Shown here: piece after piece, positions 31,282 to 40,554 of the stretch
Layout of the letters: every line of letters begins with the position of its first letter
How positions within the stretch are numbered: position 1 is the stretch's first letter
Source: Vulcanimicrobiota bacterium
Lineage (GTDB): Bacteria; Vulcanimicrobiota; Vulcanimicrobiia; Vulcanimicrobiales; Vulcanimicrobiaceae
Assembly: GCA_963777315.1 (NCBI GenBank)
Contig: CAVZQC010000004.1
Location: 864,001-928,000 of the forward strand
DNA length: 64,000 bases
Direction of reading: 5' to 3'
The notes under the pieces: generated by a model
Seen by the model: only the letters and a program-made list of their open reading frames with translations
Databases searched by the model: none
Told to the model about the DNA's origin: nothing
Made by a program: the position numbers and the translations under genes

Positions 31282-32642
31282 AACACCGGCTCCTCTTCGT
31301 AGCCGCCTTCGGGCGTGCGCCGCAGCCGAACCCGCTCGGCTTGGTGCGAGCCGCCGCGGTTTTTCAACTCGGCCGCCATAGCGTAGGCGATCCAGAATCC
31401 GACGACCGGAGCGACTACGCAAAAGAACCGGTAGCCCCACACCATGTCGTTGATCGGAAGGTGCAGATACCGCGCCTGCACGTCGTCGCCTCCGGCCAAA
31501 AACAATCCGAGCATGAACAGGAAAAACGCTACGCCCAGGCCGGTTCGAACCGGCGCGTCGCGCGGCCGGTCCAGCAGATGGTGCTGCTTATGATCTCTGC
31601 GCAGCAGCGCTTCGGCGAACGGATACGCGAACAGCCCAAGCATAATGACGAACGGAAGAACTATGCCGGGCCAGAAGGGCGACGGTATCATGTGTCCGGG
31701 GAAGTGGATCGCCCAGCGTGGACCGATGCGCAGCGCACCCTCCAGCCAGCCGATGTACCAGTCCGGCTGTGCGGGTGAAATCGCTTTCCAGGTTTGATAC
31801 GGTCCCCACAGCCAGATGGGATTGATCTGTACGAATGCCCCCAGCGTGCAGCACACGGCAATAACGCCCATTTGCAGAGCGATCGATTTTGCCGTGTAGT
31901 GCGGGAACAGCGGCGATCCGACGACGTTTTCTTGCGTGCGCCGGGGCCCGGGGAATTGCGTATGCTTTTGGCGCCACAGGATCATCAAGTGCACGGTAAT
32001 GCCCAGCGTAATGAGCATCGGCACGACGAACACGTGCATGACGAACAGCCGCTGAATCAGAATCTCCGTCGGCCAAACGCCGCCGATCAGGAAGAAGGTC
32101 GCCCAGGTCCCGATCAACGGCAGCGACTGCAGGATCGACACCGCGATCCGCAGACCGATCCCGCTGAGCAGATCGTCGGGCATCGAATATCCGGTGAAGC
32201 CCTCGAACATGGCAGCGAACAGCAGCAGCACGCCGATGACCCAATTCAGCTCGCGCGGACTGCGGAAAGCCCCGGTGAAAAAAATGCGGCCCATGTGCAC
32301 GACGATGCCGGCTACGAAGATATTCGCAGCCCAGTGATGGATCTGGCGAATCAGCAGCCCGGCGTTGACGGCAAAGCAAATGTGCAGCACCGAATCGTAC
32401 GCTTCGCTCATGCGCGTGCCGCGCAAAAACGCGTACGGTCCCTCGTACACCACGTTGGCGTGCCCGGGGACGAACCACAACGCGAGGAACGTGCCCGTCG
32501 CCAGGAGCACGATGAACGCGTACATGTTGATCTCGCCCAGCATGAACGACCAGTGGTCGGGAAACGCCTTCTTGAGCGCGTGATGCAAAAACGTACCGGT
32601 TCCGAACCGGTCGTCTGCCCATAGCAAAAGCCGTTGTATCAC
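31278..32642 (-). CDS. qcrB: cytochrome b subunit of the bcc complex
   Basis: FPDHWSFMLGE, RQIHHWAA, PRELNW, QPDWY (actinobacterial-type Qo motif). Confidence 0.95.
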   Translation of the reverse strand: MIQRLLLWADDRFGTGTFLHHALKKAFPDHWSFMLGEINMYAFIVLLATGTFLALWFVPGHANVVYEGPYAFLRGTRMSEAYDSVLHICFAVNAGLLIRQIHHWAANIFVAGIVVHMGRIFFTGAFRSPRELNWVIGVLLLFAAMFEGFTGYSMPDDLLSGIGLRIAVSILQSLPLIGTWATFFLIGGVWPTEILIQRLFVMHVFVVPMLITLGITVHLMILWRQKHTQFPGPRRTQENVVGSPLFPHYTAKSIALQMGVIAVCCTLGAFVQINPIWLWGPYQTWKAISPAQPDWYIGWLEGALRIGPRWAIHFPGHMIPSPFWPGIVLPFVIMLGLFAYPFAEALLRRDHKQHHLLDRPRDAPVRTGLGVAFFLFMLGLFLAGGDDVQARYLHLPINDMVWGYRFFCVVAPVVGFWIAYAMAAELKNRGGSHQAERVRLRRTPEGGYEEEPVL

Positions 32643-33460
32643 GAGTGCTCCCAGAATCCCGGGCCGACGGGCTGGGGAAAATCGCCGCCGGCGCGCAGGT
32701 AGCCGTCGGCCGAAAGCTCGAGCGGCAATCGCGGCAGCGGATGGTCCGCGGGTCCCGTGACTACGCTGGCATTGTCCGCGACGTCAAAGACCGATTGGTG
32801 GCACGGGCAGATCAGACGATGATCGGCCGAGCGGTACAGCGCCACCGGGCAGCCGGCGTGCGTGCACATCTTAGAGTATGCGATCAGACCGTCGAGCGTG
32901 TTCTCGCCGACGCCGTCGGGCAGACGAATCAACACGGTCATCGATTGTGAATCGCCGATGCTGCCCTCCGGAAACACGGTAACCACGCCGTCGACGTTGA
33001 CGTCGCCCGCTTTGACGATGGAACCGTCCGGGCGCTGCAGTCGCATGCCCCGCTTCCAGCGCGTGTGGAACAGCGCATCGTCGGGCTCGGGCCCGAGCGA
33101 CCCAACCGGGAACAGCGCCGCCAGCCCAAATAGGCCGGCTGCGCCGTACAACATGCGCGTGAGCCAGGTGCGGCGCGTGAGCTGCGCGATGCCGTGCTCG
33201 TAGGCCTCGACCATTTGGGCGCGTTCTTCCACGGGCTGCGGATACGTGTCGCGCAAATCCACGACTTGCTCGTGCGTGAGGATCCAGCGTGCCCAGCCCA
33301 GCGCGGCAATCATGAAACCGGCAAAAACGACGGCCAGCGCAAACCCCTCCCACTGGATGCTCATCTGCTTGGCGAACGCAATCATGAAGCCGACGCTGCC
33401 CGCCATGGAGAGCAACAGGGCGGCCGCTATTGCGCGCTCGCGAACGTTGGGCTCGTTCAT
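32639..33460 (-). CDS. qcrA: Rieske Fe-S subunit of the bcc complex
   Basis: CTHAGC and CPCHQS; N-terminal TM helices with internal TRR. Confidence 0.93.
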   Translation of the reverse strand: MNEPNVRERAIAAALLLSMAGSVGFMIAFAKQMSIQWEGFALAVVFAGFMIAALGWARWILTHEQVVDLRDTYPQPVEERAQMVEAYEHGIAQLTRRTWLTRMLYGAAGLFGLAALFPVGSLGPEPDDALFHTRWKRGMRLQRPDGSIVKAGDVNVDGVVTVFPEGSIGDSQSMTVLIRLPDGVGENTLDGLIAYSKMCTHAGCPVALYRSADHRLICPCHQSVFDVADNASVVTGPADHPLPRLPLELSADGYLRAGGDFPQPVGPGFWEHS

Positions 33461-34026
33461 CGGATCCAGTACACCGTGGAGTAAATACCGAACCACATTA
33501 CCGTCACGAAGTGCCAGTAGTAACTAACGGCTTCGGCCCCGCCGTGCTGGTCGGCGCGGAACGTGGGCGAACGCAGGCCCAAATACAAGCCGAGCAGCAT
33601 GATCACGCCGACGACGACGTGCAGCAGGTGAAAGCCGGTGATCGTCAGATAGGTTGCGGCGTAGGCGCCGGTATGGAAGTTGAAGTTTTGGCTGGAGTAT
33701 CCGTGCATCGCCACGCCGATGTAGCCCAATCCCCCGACGATAGCGCCGTACAGCCACCCGTAGGCGGCTTTGAAATTGCGCCGGCGCAACGCGCGCAGCA
33801 TCGGAAACATCATCAAACTGCTGGAGATCAGAAATGCCGTGCCGAACGCCGGCCCCAGTTCATCCAGATGAACGTACGGCGGAGGCCAGACCGCACTGGT
33901 GGATTTGAGATCGTAGTACGTAGCGAAGAGCGCCGAAAAGAACATCGTTTCCGACGCGATGAAAATGACGGTTCCCAGCACCACCGGGTGAGCGCGGTAC
34001 GACAGCGGCAATTCGTGACGCGCCAA
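33457..34026 (-). CDS. ctaE: cytochrome c oxidase subunit III
   Basis: FIASE.MFF, TGFH..HV, YYWHFV; TTG start with AAGGAG RBS. Confidence 0.92.
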   Translation of the reverse strand: MARHELPLSYRAHPVVLGTVIFIASETMFFSALFATYYDLKSTSAVWPPPYVHLDELGPAFGTAFLISSSLMMFPMLRALRRRNFKAAYGWLYGAIVGGLGYIGVAMHGYSSQNFNFHTGAYAATYLTITGFHLLHVVVGVIMLLGLYLGLRSPTFRADQHGGAEAVSYYWHFVTVMWFGIYSTVYWIR

Positions 34027-34078
34027 TGCGAGCACTCCTTTCGTGCAAGCCGATTGCGGCTTTTGTACCCGAGCGAAC

Positions 34079-34106
34079 GGTTTCCTATCGGATATTGCGT
34101 GGGTAA
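34079..34106 (+). promoter_or_regulatory. putative SigF/SigB-type promoter upstream of ctaC
   Basis: GGTTT-N17-GGGTAA, 12 nt before ATG. Confidence 0.5.
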
Positions 34107-34118
34107 GTAGCGCACGAC

Positions 34119-34778
34119 ATGCCGATTCTGAATCCGGCCTCGGTTCAGGGATGGGACCTTCGCGGCGTTTGGTACATCTTCTTCGGCGCCGCAATGTTCA
34201 TCGCCGTCATCGTTTACGGGCTGATCTTCCTCGTTCTGGTGCTGTGGCGAAAACGCCGCAACGACGACGGTTCCCTGCCGCCCCAGTTCCACAGCAATCC
34301 GGGTATCGAGATCACGGGCGTGGTCGTGCCGCTCATCATGGTGATCGGTTTGTTTTACGTCACGTACATCCGCGAAGGCGTCGTCGACTTTCTGCGGCCC
34401 AACCCGTACGCGGTCGTCGACGTGACCGGGTACCGCTGGGCCTGGCAGTTTCGCTATCCCGGACATCACATTACGATCAACGGCACCTCGCACAATCCGC
34501 CGGTGCTGGTCATGCCGCTGGGCAAGATGACGCAGATTAACTTGTACTCATCGGACGTCGTCCACTCGTTCTGGGTTCCGTCGTTTCTGTTCAAGCGCGA
34601 TGCAACGCCGGGATACACGCAGCACTTTGACGTTACGCCCAGCCAAACCGGAGAATTCCACGGCTTGTGCGCGGAGTATTGCGGGTTGAATCACGCGCTG
34701 ATGACCTTCACCGTGAAGGTCGTTCCGGCGGCGGACTACAACCGATGGCTGGCTTCCGGGGGAGCCGCGACGGTATGA
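34119..34778 (+). CDS. ctaC: cytochrome c oxidase subunit II
   Basis: DVVHSFW and CuA motif CAEYCGLNHALM; two TM segments. Confidence 0.95.
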   Translation: MPILNPASVQGWDLRGVWYIFFGAAMFIAVIVYGLIFLVLVLWRKRRNDDGSLPPQFHSNPGIEITGVVVPLIMVIGLFYVTYIREGVVDFLRPNPYAVVDVTGYRWAWQFRYPGHHITINGTSHNPPVLVMPLGKMTQINLYSSDVVHSFWVPSFLFKRDATPGYTQHFDVTPSQTGEFHGLCAEYCGLNHALMTFTVKVVPAADYNRWLASGGAATV

Positions 34779-36361
34779 TCTATCGCCTGACCTCGACCAA
34801 TCACAAATCGATCGGCATCCTCTATATTTCCACGACGTTCTTCTTTTTCGTGGTCGCCGGCATTCTGTCGCTGCTCATCCGGCTTCAGCTGGCGCACCCC
34901 GACAACGCCGTTCTCACGCCGCACTCGTACAACGAAATATTCACTCTTCACGGAACGGCAATGATCTTCTTGGTCATCGCGCCGTTTGCGTTCGGTCTGG
35001 GCAACTATCTGGTGCCGCTGCAGATCGGCGCGCCCGACATGGCGTTCCCGCGCCTGAACCTGCTGGGCGTGATGCTCTTCATCATCAGCGGCTTCACCAT
35101 CTTCGCCGGCGTGTTCGCCCAGGGCGGAGGCGCCTCGGCCGGTTGGACGGCCTATGCGCCGCTTTCAGAGATACAGAACGGCACGGGCGCGGGACAAGAT
35201 CTCTGGATTATCGGCCTGCTCATCAACAGCGTCGCGACGATTATGGTGGCGATCAACTTCGTGGCGACCATTCTGCTCTATCGCGCGCCCGGTATGACGA
35301 TGTGGCGCATGCCGATCTTCACTTGGGAGATGCTGGCGACCTCGCTGCTGATTCTCATGGCGTTTCCGCCGCTGGCCGCGGTGCTGAGCGAACTGCTGCT
35401 CGCGCGCCATTACGGCGCCCACTTTTTCGATCCGCAGTTCGGAGGTAACGCGATCCTGTATCAGCACCTCTTTTGGTTTTTCGGACATCCTGAAGTCTAC
35501 GTCATGATCCTGCCGTATTTCGGCGTGGTGACCGAAGTCGTTTCGGTGTTTTCCGGCAAGCCCGTCTTCGGTTACGTCGGCCTAGTGCTCTCGGCTTTTG
35601 CGATTGCCGGACTGTCGATGGGAGTTTGGGCGCACCATATGTTCGCAACCGGAGCGGTCGCGAACGGATTTTTCTCGGGCATGTCGTTTTTGATCGCCGT
35701 TCCGACCGGGGTGAAGTTTTGGAACTGGATCGGCACGATGTGGCGCGGCAAGATTCGGCTGACGACGCCGATGCTCTTTACGATCGGATTTTTGTTGAAC
35801 TTCCTGATCGGCGGCGTGACCGGCGTTATGGTTGCATCGCCGCCCATCGACTACCACGCCGAGGACAGCTACTTTTTGGTTTCGCACTTCCACTACGTGC
35901 TCGGGGGCGGATCGATGTTCGCCGTCTTCGCAGCGCTCTTTTTTTGGTGTCCGAAAATCTTTGGGTTCAAACTCAACGAAACGCTGGGGAAGATCACGTT
36001 CTGGACGATGTTCGCGGGGTTCAACCTGACCTTCATGCCGATGTATTTCATGGGGATCGAAGGCATGCCGCGGCGGGTGTTCACCTATCCGGCTACCGGC
36101 GATCTGCCCTGGCTCAACGCGCTTGCATCCGTAGGCGCGGGGATCATGACGCTCGCGGTCATCGTATTCGTTCTGAACGTGATCGTTTCAAAATTGGCGC
36201 ACGAGAAGGTTGCCGACGATCCGTGGGGCGGCGCGTTTACGCTGGAATGGGCGACGTCTTCGCCCCCGCCGGAGTTCAATTTTCACGCCCTGCCGCCCAT
36301 TCGCTCCGAGCGGCCGGTGTGGGACTTGCACAACCCCGAGTACGCGCAGCAGAAGGCATGA
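34775..36361 (+). CDS. ctaD: cytochrome c oxidase subunit I (A-type)
   Basis: GHPEVY, WAHH, HFHY, GMPRR; ATGA overlap. Confidence 0.97.
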   Translation: MIYRLTSTNHKSIGILYISTTFFFFVVAGILSLLIRLQLAHPDNAVLTPHSYNEIFTLHGTAMIFLVIAPFAFGLGNYLVPLQIGAPDMAFPRLNLLGVMLFIISGFTIFAGVFAQGGGASAGWTAYAPLSEIQNGTGAGQDLWIIGLLINSVATIMVAINFVATILLYRAPGMTMWRMPIFTWEMLATSLLILMAFPPLAAVLSELLLARHYGAHFFDPQFGGNAILYQHLFWFFGHPEVYVMILPYFGVVTEVVSVFSGKPVFGYVGLVLSAFAIAGLSMGVWAHHMFATGAVANGFFSGMSFLIAVPTGVKFWNWIGTMWRGKIRLTTPMLFTIGFLLNFLIGGVTGVMVASPPIDYHAEDSYFLVSHFHYVLGGGSMFAVFAALFFWCPKIFGFKLNETLGKITFWTMFAGFNLTFMPMYFMGIEGMPRRVFTYPATGDLPWLNALASVGAGIMTLAVIVFVLNVIVSKLAHEKVADDPWGGAFTLEWATSSPPPEFNFHALPPIRSERPVWDLHNPEYAQQKA

Positions 36362-36789
36362 AAACGTTCGTCGGGCTGTTCTTCAGTTCGGCCGTTTTCG
36401 GCGCGACGATTTCCATCGTCTACTGGTTTGCCTCGCGCGACTACGCCGGAACGCTTATGCTGGGTTTCATGTTTTGCGGTTTGGGCTTTGCGGCGGGCTA
36501 CGCTATGCTGGCCGAAAAACACTCCAATCTCGAGGGCGACGATCCCAAACTGCAGCACAAGGCCGCCGCATCGCAAGACGTGGGTATCGTAACGAAGGAA
36601 ACGCCCTGGCCTGCCGCGCTTGCGTTTAGCATTCTCTGGTTCTTCATCGGCCTCGTGTGGTCGGATTTCATGCTCTTTACCGGCATTGCGGCCATACTGC
36701 TGTGCCTATGGCGTCTGGGAGCCGAAAGCGCTCGCGTCGGCGAGCAAGAATCCGGGATGATCGACGAGCATTCCCGCCGGACCCGGTAG
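36358..36789 (+). CDS. ctaF: cytochrome c oxidase subunit IV (actinobacterial CtaF type)
   Basis: YW...D.AGT..L, WP motif, hydrophobic; follows ctaD with ATGA overlap. Confidence 0.75.
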   Translation: MKTFVGLFFSSAVFGATISIVYWFASRDYAGTLMLGFMFCGLGFAAGYAMLAEKHSNLEGDDPKLQHKAAASQDVGIVTKETPWPAALAFSILWFFIGLVWSDFMLFTGIAAILLCLWRLGAESARVGEQESGMIDEHSRRTR

Positions 36790-38955
36790 CGCCCGCTCGG
36801 GACGCTCACTGCTGCTCGTAATGCGCTCTATCGAACCGATGAAGCCGGCAGCGGCAAACGCATCCCCCTGCAGCGTCTGCGCGACCTGCGCGCGCGCGCT
36901 CGCTGCAGGCGGCGCGGGATATCCGTCGCAGCGCGAAGCCGAGATAAACCCGAACGACTGTGCCTTGCGCAAACTCCACCACCGGCGAACGTTGTCGGAG
37001 GTGCCGTAAACGACTTCGTACTGCAGATCCGGTTTTTCGACGCCCAGTTTGACGAGCTGCACGAAATCGGCGGGGCTGAGCCAAATCCCTTCGTCGACCG
37101 GATGCTCGGGTTTCGCGCACACGTGGCCGATGCGAATGCAGAAGATCTCCAATCCGTATTTGTCGGCGTACAGCCGCGCGAGCGCCTCACCGAACACTTT
37201 GCTGACGGCATACAGTCCGTCCGGACGCAGGGGTGCCGTTTCGTCGATCTTCTGCTCGCGCGGATAGAAGCCCGTAACGTGGCCCGTGCTGGCAAAAATC
37301 ACTCGGCGCACGCCTTCCAAACGCGCTGCTTCCAGCACGGTGTACGTGCCCCGAACGTTATGATCCAGCAGTTTGTCGAAGGGCGCCTCTTTCGAGATTG
37401 CGCCCAAGTGCAGCACCGCGTCCATGCCGCGCACCGCTTTGCGCATTTGACGCAGGCGCCGGATGTCGGCGCGTACGAACTCTTCGCCGGGAAGCGGATT
37501 CGCAACCGGCCCGACGTCGCTCGATCGCAGCGCGTACAGTTGGCTGAGCGGCTTGCGGATGAGCGTGCCCACTGCGCCGCCGGCGCCGGTGATCAGCAAG
37601 CGCGGCCGGCCATTGGCCGGCATCGGCGCAGGCTTGGGCGCGCGCTTGCGCCTGCGCGCGAGCAGATCCTTGAGCACGTTGCGGAAGGCTCGCAGATCTT
37701 GCCGGCGCACGACCCAAACCGCCGACGGCCGGTATCCGCTCAGCCGGCAGAACCACCACGTGTTGAACGATGCCCCCACCAGATACGTCGCACTCGATGC
37801 CAATGCTGCGCCGGCCATTCCCATGCGCGGAACGAGCACCACGCAGCCGGCGACTTGCACCGCAATCATCGCCACATTCACGACCGTCACGATGAGCGGC
37901 CGTCCAATCTGGAAGAGAAAGAACGCTGCGAACGTTCCGGCCGAGGTAAAGGCGACGATGCCGGGCAGCAGCCAGCGCAGCGGCGCCGCAGCTTCGGAAA
38001 AGCGCGTGCCGTAGATGTGGTCGATCAGCCACGGTCCGGCGATGAACGATACGATCGACGCGCACGCGGCAACCGCGACGGATATGCGAATCGTTCGCGC
38101 GGAAATCTCCGCCGAAGTTCCGCGATCGCTTCTGCCGATCTCTCGAGTCACGGCCGCGGTGACGGGCCGCGTGAGCATGAACAGCATCTCGCCGAACGAT
38201 ACGGCAATCGAATAGATGCCGAACGATGCGAAACCCAGCATTCCGACGAGCACGAGCGAATCGACGCGATAATTCAGCACTCCCAGCGCGGAGTTGAGCG
38301 CGGACTGTCCCCCCATCCTCACGACGTCGTGAAGTTGCCTGCGCAAGTCCGTGCGGTGCAGGCGCCCGCCTTGACGCACGGCATCGACCACGACGATCGC
38401 CGCGAAAGCGTACGTAACGGCGATCCACGCGCCCAGCACGCCCGCAATTCCGGCATGCGCAACGAACAGCGCTGCCGCAACCGCCGCAAGCGTTGCGGCC
38501 GAGACCGCCACGGTCTGATAGTTCATGCGCTGCATGCGTCCGGTTGCGATGTAATATGCCGGCTGCCACGCAAAGAGGATTGCGCCCGGAGCGACGGCGA
38601 CTATCGCGATCGTGACGACCGTCCAGCCGCGCAGCGCGCTCCAAACGATCATGCCGGCCCATAAAGCTGCCGTCAGCGCGAGAAACGCAACGGTGAGCGC
38701 GGGAAACAGCTGTCGCATGTTTCGGCGCTCCTTGGTCATCAAGAAGACGATGGCCGCGCCCGCGCCGCTGCTGACCGCCAGCGGAACGGCCAGCATGGTT
38801 TGCACGCCGCTGTACACGCCTTTTCCGGCCGGGCCGAGCATCTTGGCGATGATGATGCCGACCACGACGCTGAGCGCGACGCCGGCCGTGCGCGCAACGA
38901 ACGTGCCTATCGCATTTGCGCCGATCGTGCGCGCGTCCGCCGGTGCGTCGCTCAT
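36706..38955 (-). CDS. Wzx/MOP-type flippase fused to an NAD-dependent epimerase/uronate-dehydrogenase-like SDR domain
   Basis: LGPAGKG.Y, NYRVD, GIYSIA, MAGAALAS in the multi-TM N-part; then LLITGAGGAVG, RPDGLYAVSK, WLSP.D, YGTSDN. Confidence 0.8.
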   Translation of the reverse strand: MSDAPADARTIGANAIGTFVARTAGVALSVVVGIIIAKMLGPAGKGVYSGVQTMLAVPLAVSSGAGAAIVFLMTKERRNMRQLFPALTVAFLALTAALWAGMIVWSALRGWTVVTIAIVAVAPGAILFAWQPAYYIATGRMQRMNYQTVAVSAATLAAVAAALFVAHAGIAGVLGAWIAVTYAFAAIVVVDAVRQGGRLHRTDLRRQLHDVVRMGGQSALNSALGVLNYRVDSLVLVGMLGFASFGIYSIAVSFGEMLFMLTRPVTAAVTREIGRSDRGTSAEISARTIRISVAVAACASIVSFIAGPWLIDHIYGTRFSEAAAPLRWLLPGIVAFTSAGTFAAFFLFQIGRPLIVTVVNVAMIAVQVAGCVVLVPRMGMAGAALASSATYLVGASFNTWWFCRLSGYRPSAVWVVRRQDLRAFRNVLKDLLARRRKRAPKPAPMPANGRPRLLITGAGGAVGTLIRKPLSQLYALRSSDVGPVANPLPGEEFVRADIRRLRQMRKAVRGMDAVLHLGAISKEAPFDKLLDHNVRGTYTVLEAARLEGVRRVIFASTGHVTGFYPREQKIDETAPLRPDGLYAVSKVFGEALARLYADKYGLEIFCIRIGHVCAKPEHPVDEGIWLSPADFVQLVKLGVEKPDLQYEVVYGTSDNVRRWWSLRKAQSFGFISASRCDGYPAPPAASARAQVAQTLQGDAFAAAGFIGSIERITSSSERPERALPGPAGMLVDHPGFLLADASAFGSQTP

Positions 38956-40070
38956 CGGCGATACCACGACGGACAACCGGCCGCCGCGAGTCCTGTGACG
39001 AGGCGCCCGGCCGTTTTCATTCCCGTAAGCACCCGGCCTTTTGCGCTCCGATCGGCCAGCACCGCATTGGGAACGGCCAGCCGAGTCGACGGCCCGAGCA
39101 CGCGGCCGCCGTTGCCGAACCAGGCGTCCGTAAATTGGGCGCGCGCCCGCAGGTACGCCGGAAGCGCCTCTCGGCGCATCGTCCACGATACGAATCGCTC
39201 GACGGCGGCGTCCGTCGTAATCTCCACTCCCGCCATGCGCGCGGCCAGCGCTAAAACCCCTTGCGTGCCGATCGGCTGAATCCGTTCGTTCGCAAGCTGC
39301 GACTGCAGCGCCCCGACGAGCTGCGGATCGGCGCGAAGATCCATGGCGAGCAGCACGGCATCGTAAATGCGGTACAAGCCCGCTCCGTGCAGCACCATGT
39401 GCAGTGCGCGCGCAAATGCGTCCAGCCGAAGCGTCGGCCCCGCCGCACCGTCGACTTGCTCGAAATGGCCGCACAGCGCCGGCCAATCCGTCTGCAGAGA
39501 AAACCATCCGGGCGGAGTGAGCGCGACGTGCAGCTCGACGCTTTTGCCTGCGCCCGGAGCGACCAGCGGAACCAGATGGTGATGGCGGCGCGCATACGAG
39601 TCGAATGCGAATGCCGTGTCCCTTTCGGGGCGATAGCCGCAAGCGGTCAGCGCTTCGAAGGCCGCCATCGCTCGTTCGCGCGGAACGAGCACGTCGAGGT
39701 CCAAGATCGTGGTCCACTGCGCCATCGGATCGCCCGCGTACAGCCGCGCGCCGGTTTTGAGCAGTGCGTGCTGGATGCCCGCGCGGTTGAATTCGCGCAC
39801 GACGTCCGCCAGCTGCGCGCCGATCGAAAAGCTTTGGACGATCGCGCTCTGCGCGTGCGGCTTGAGCATCGTCAGCAGCGGCGCCAGCGATCGGTCGCGA
39901 AGCTTGGCGGCGACGATCCCGTGGGAAAGCATTCCGGCGCATTTGTGACGGACCGCTTGCGAGAACAGCCGTTCGTGGGAAACGTTCCTGAGCGCGGCGT
40001 CAAGCCGATTGGGCTGCTCCTGAACGATGGCCGTCATCGCTTCGACGAGCGTTTCGAAGGCGCTCTTCAT
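38952..40070 (-). CDS. nucleotidyltransferase family protein (NTP_transf_5-like)
   Basis: ALLKTG...LY...DLDVLV, VELH, MVLH, YD. Confidence 0.8.
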   Translation of the reverse strand: MKSAFETLVEAMTAIVQEQPNRLDAALRNVSHERLFSQAVRHKCAGMLSHGIVAAKLRDRSLAPLLTMLKPHAQSAIVQSFSIGAQLADVVREFNRAGIQHALLKTGARLYAGDPMAQWTTILDLDVLVPRERAMAAFEALTACGYRPERDTAFAFDSYARRHHHLVPLVAPGAGKSVELHVALTPPGWFSLQTDWPALCGHFEQVDGAAGPTLRLDAFARALHMVLHGAGLYRIYDAVLLAMDLRADPQLVGALQSQLANERIQPIGTQGVLALAARMAGVEITTDAAVERFVSWTMRREALPAYLRARAQFTDAWFGNGGRVLGPSTRLAVPNAVLADRSAKGRVLTGMKTAGRLVTGLAAAGCPSWYRR

Positions 40071-40549
40071 CGTGAAACCCGCTCTGCAGCGATCGGAATT
40101 TCGCGGATACGTCCCTGCACAACGGCTTGCGGCCCTTCGAGCACCTTTCCGTGTAGCGTTACCCAAGCATGGCCGCGCAGGCGCTCTTCGAGCCGGTCGC
40201 GATGCTCGATTCCGAAGTGCACGCCCAACGCGGCATCGTCGGCATCCAGGAAACGGTACAACGTGAGCGCGCGCACGTAACACGTGTTGTGCCGTGCGAA
40301 GATCGGAACGCGCAGACAGAGCGCGCGCAGGCGCGCGATGCGTTCGTAGGAAAGCCGCGGCGACTTTACGATACGCCCTCGCGCCGCACGCAAATTTGCC
40401 AGCGTGATGCGAAGATCGCCGCTGCGCAGCAGCGCCGGAACGGCCGCGATGAAGGCTCCCACGTGCAGCGCGAGCAGCAAGTCGGAAGGTTCGTGCACGA
40501 ACACGCGCAGGCGCTGGTAGAATCCGAGCGGCGTCCATTTGTTCGCCAT
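40067..40549 (-). CDS. lasso-peptide B2-type leader peptidase (transglutaminase-like)
   Basis: CYVRAL, LGVHFGI, GHAWV catalytic Cys/His pattern. Confidence 0.82.
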   Translation of the reverse strand: MANKWTPLGFYQRLRVFVHEPSDLLLALHVGAFIAAVPALLRSGDLRITLANLRAARGRIVKSPRLSYERIARLRALCLRVPIFARHNTCYVRALTLYRFLDADDAALGVHFGIEHRDRLEERLRGHAWVTLHGKVLEGPQAVVQGRIREIPIAAERVSR

Positions 40550-40554
40550 ACGCG

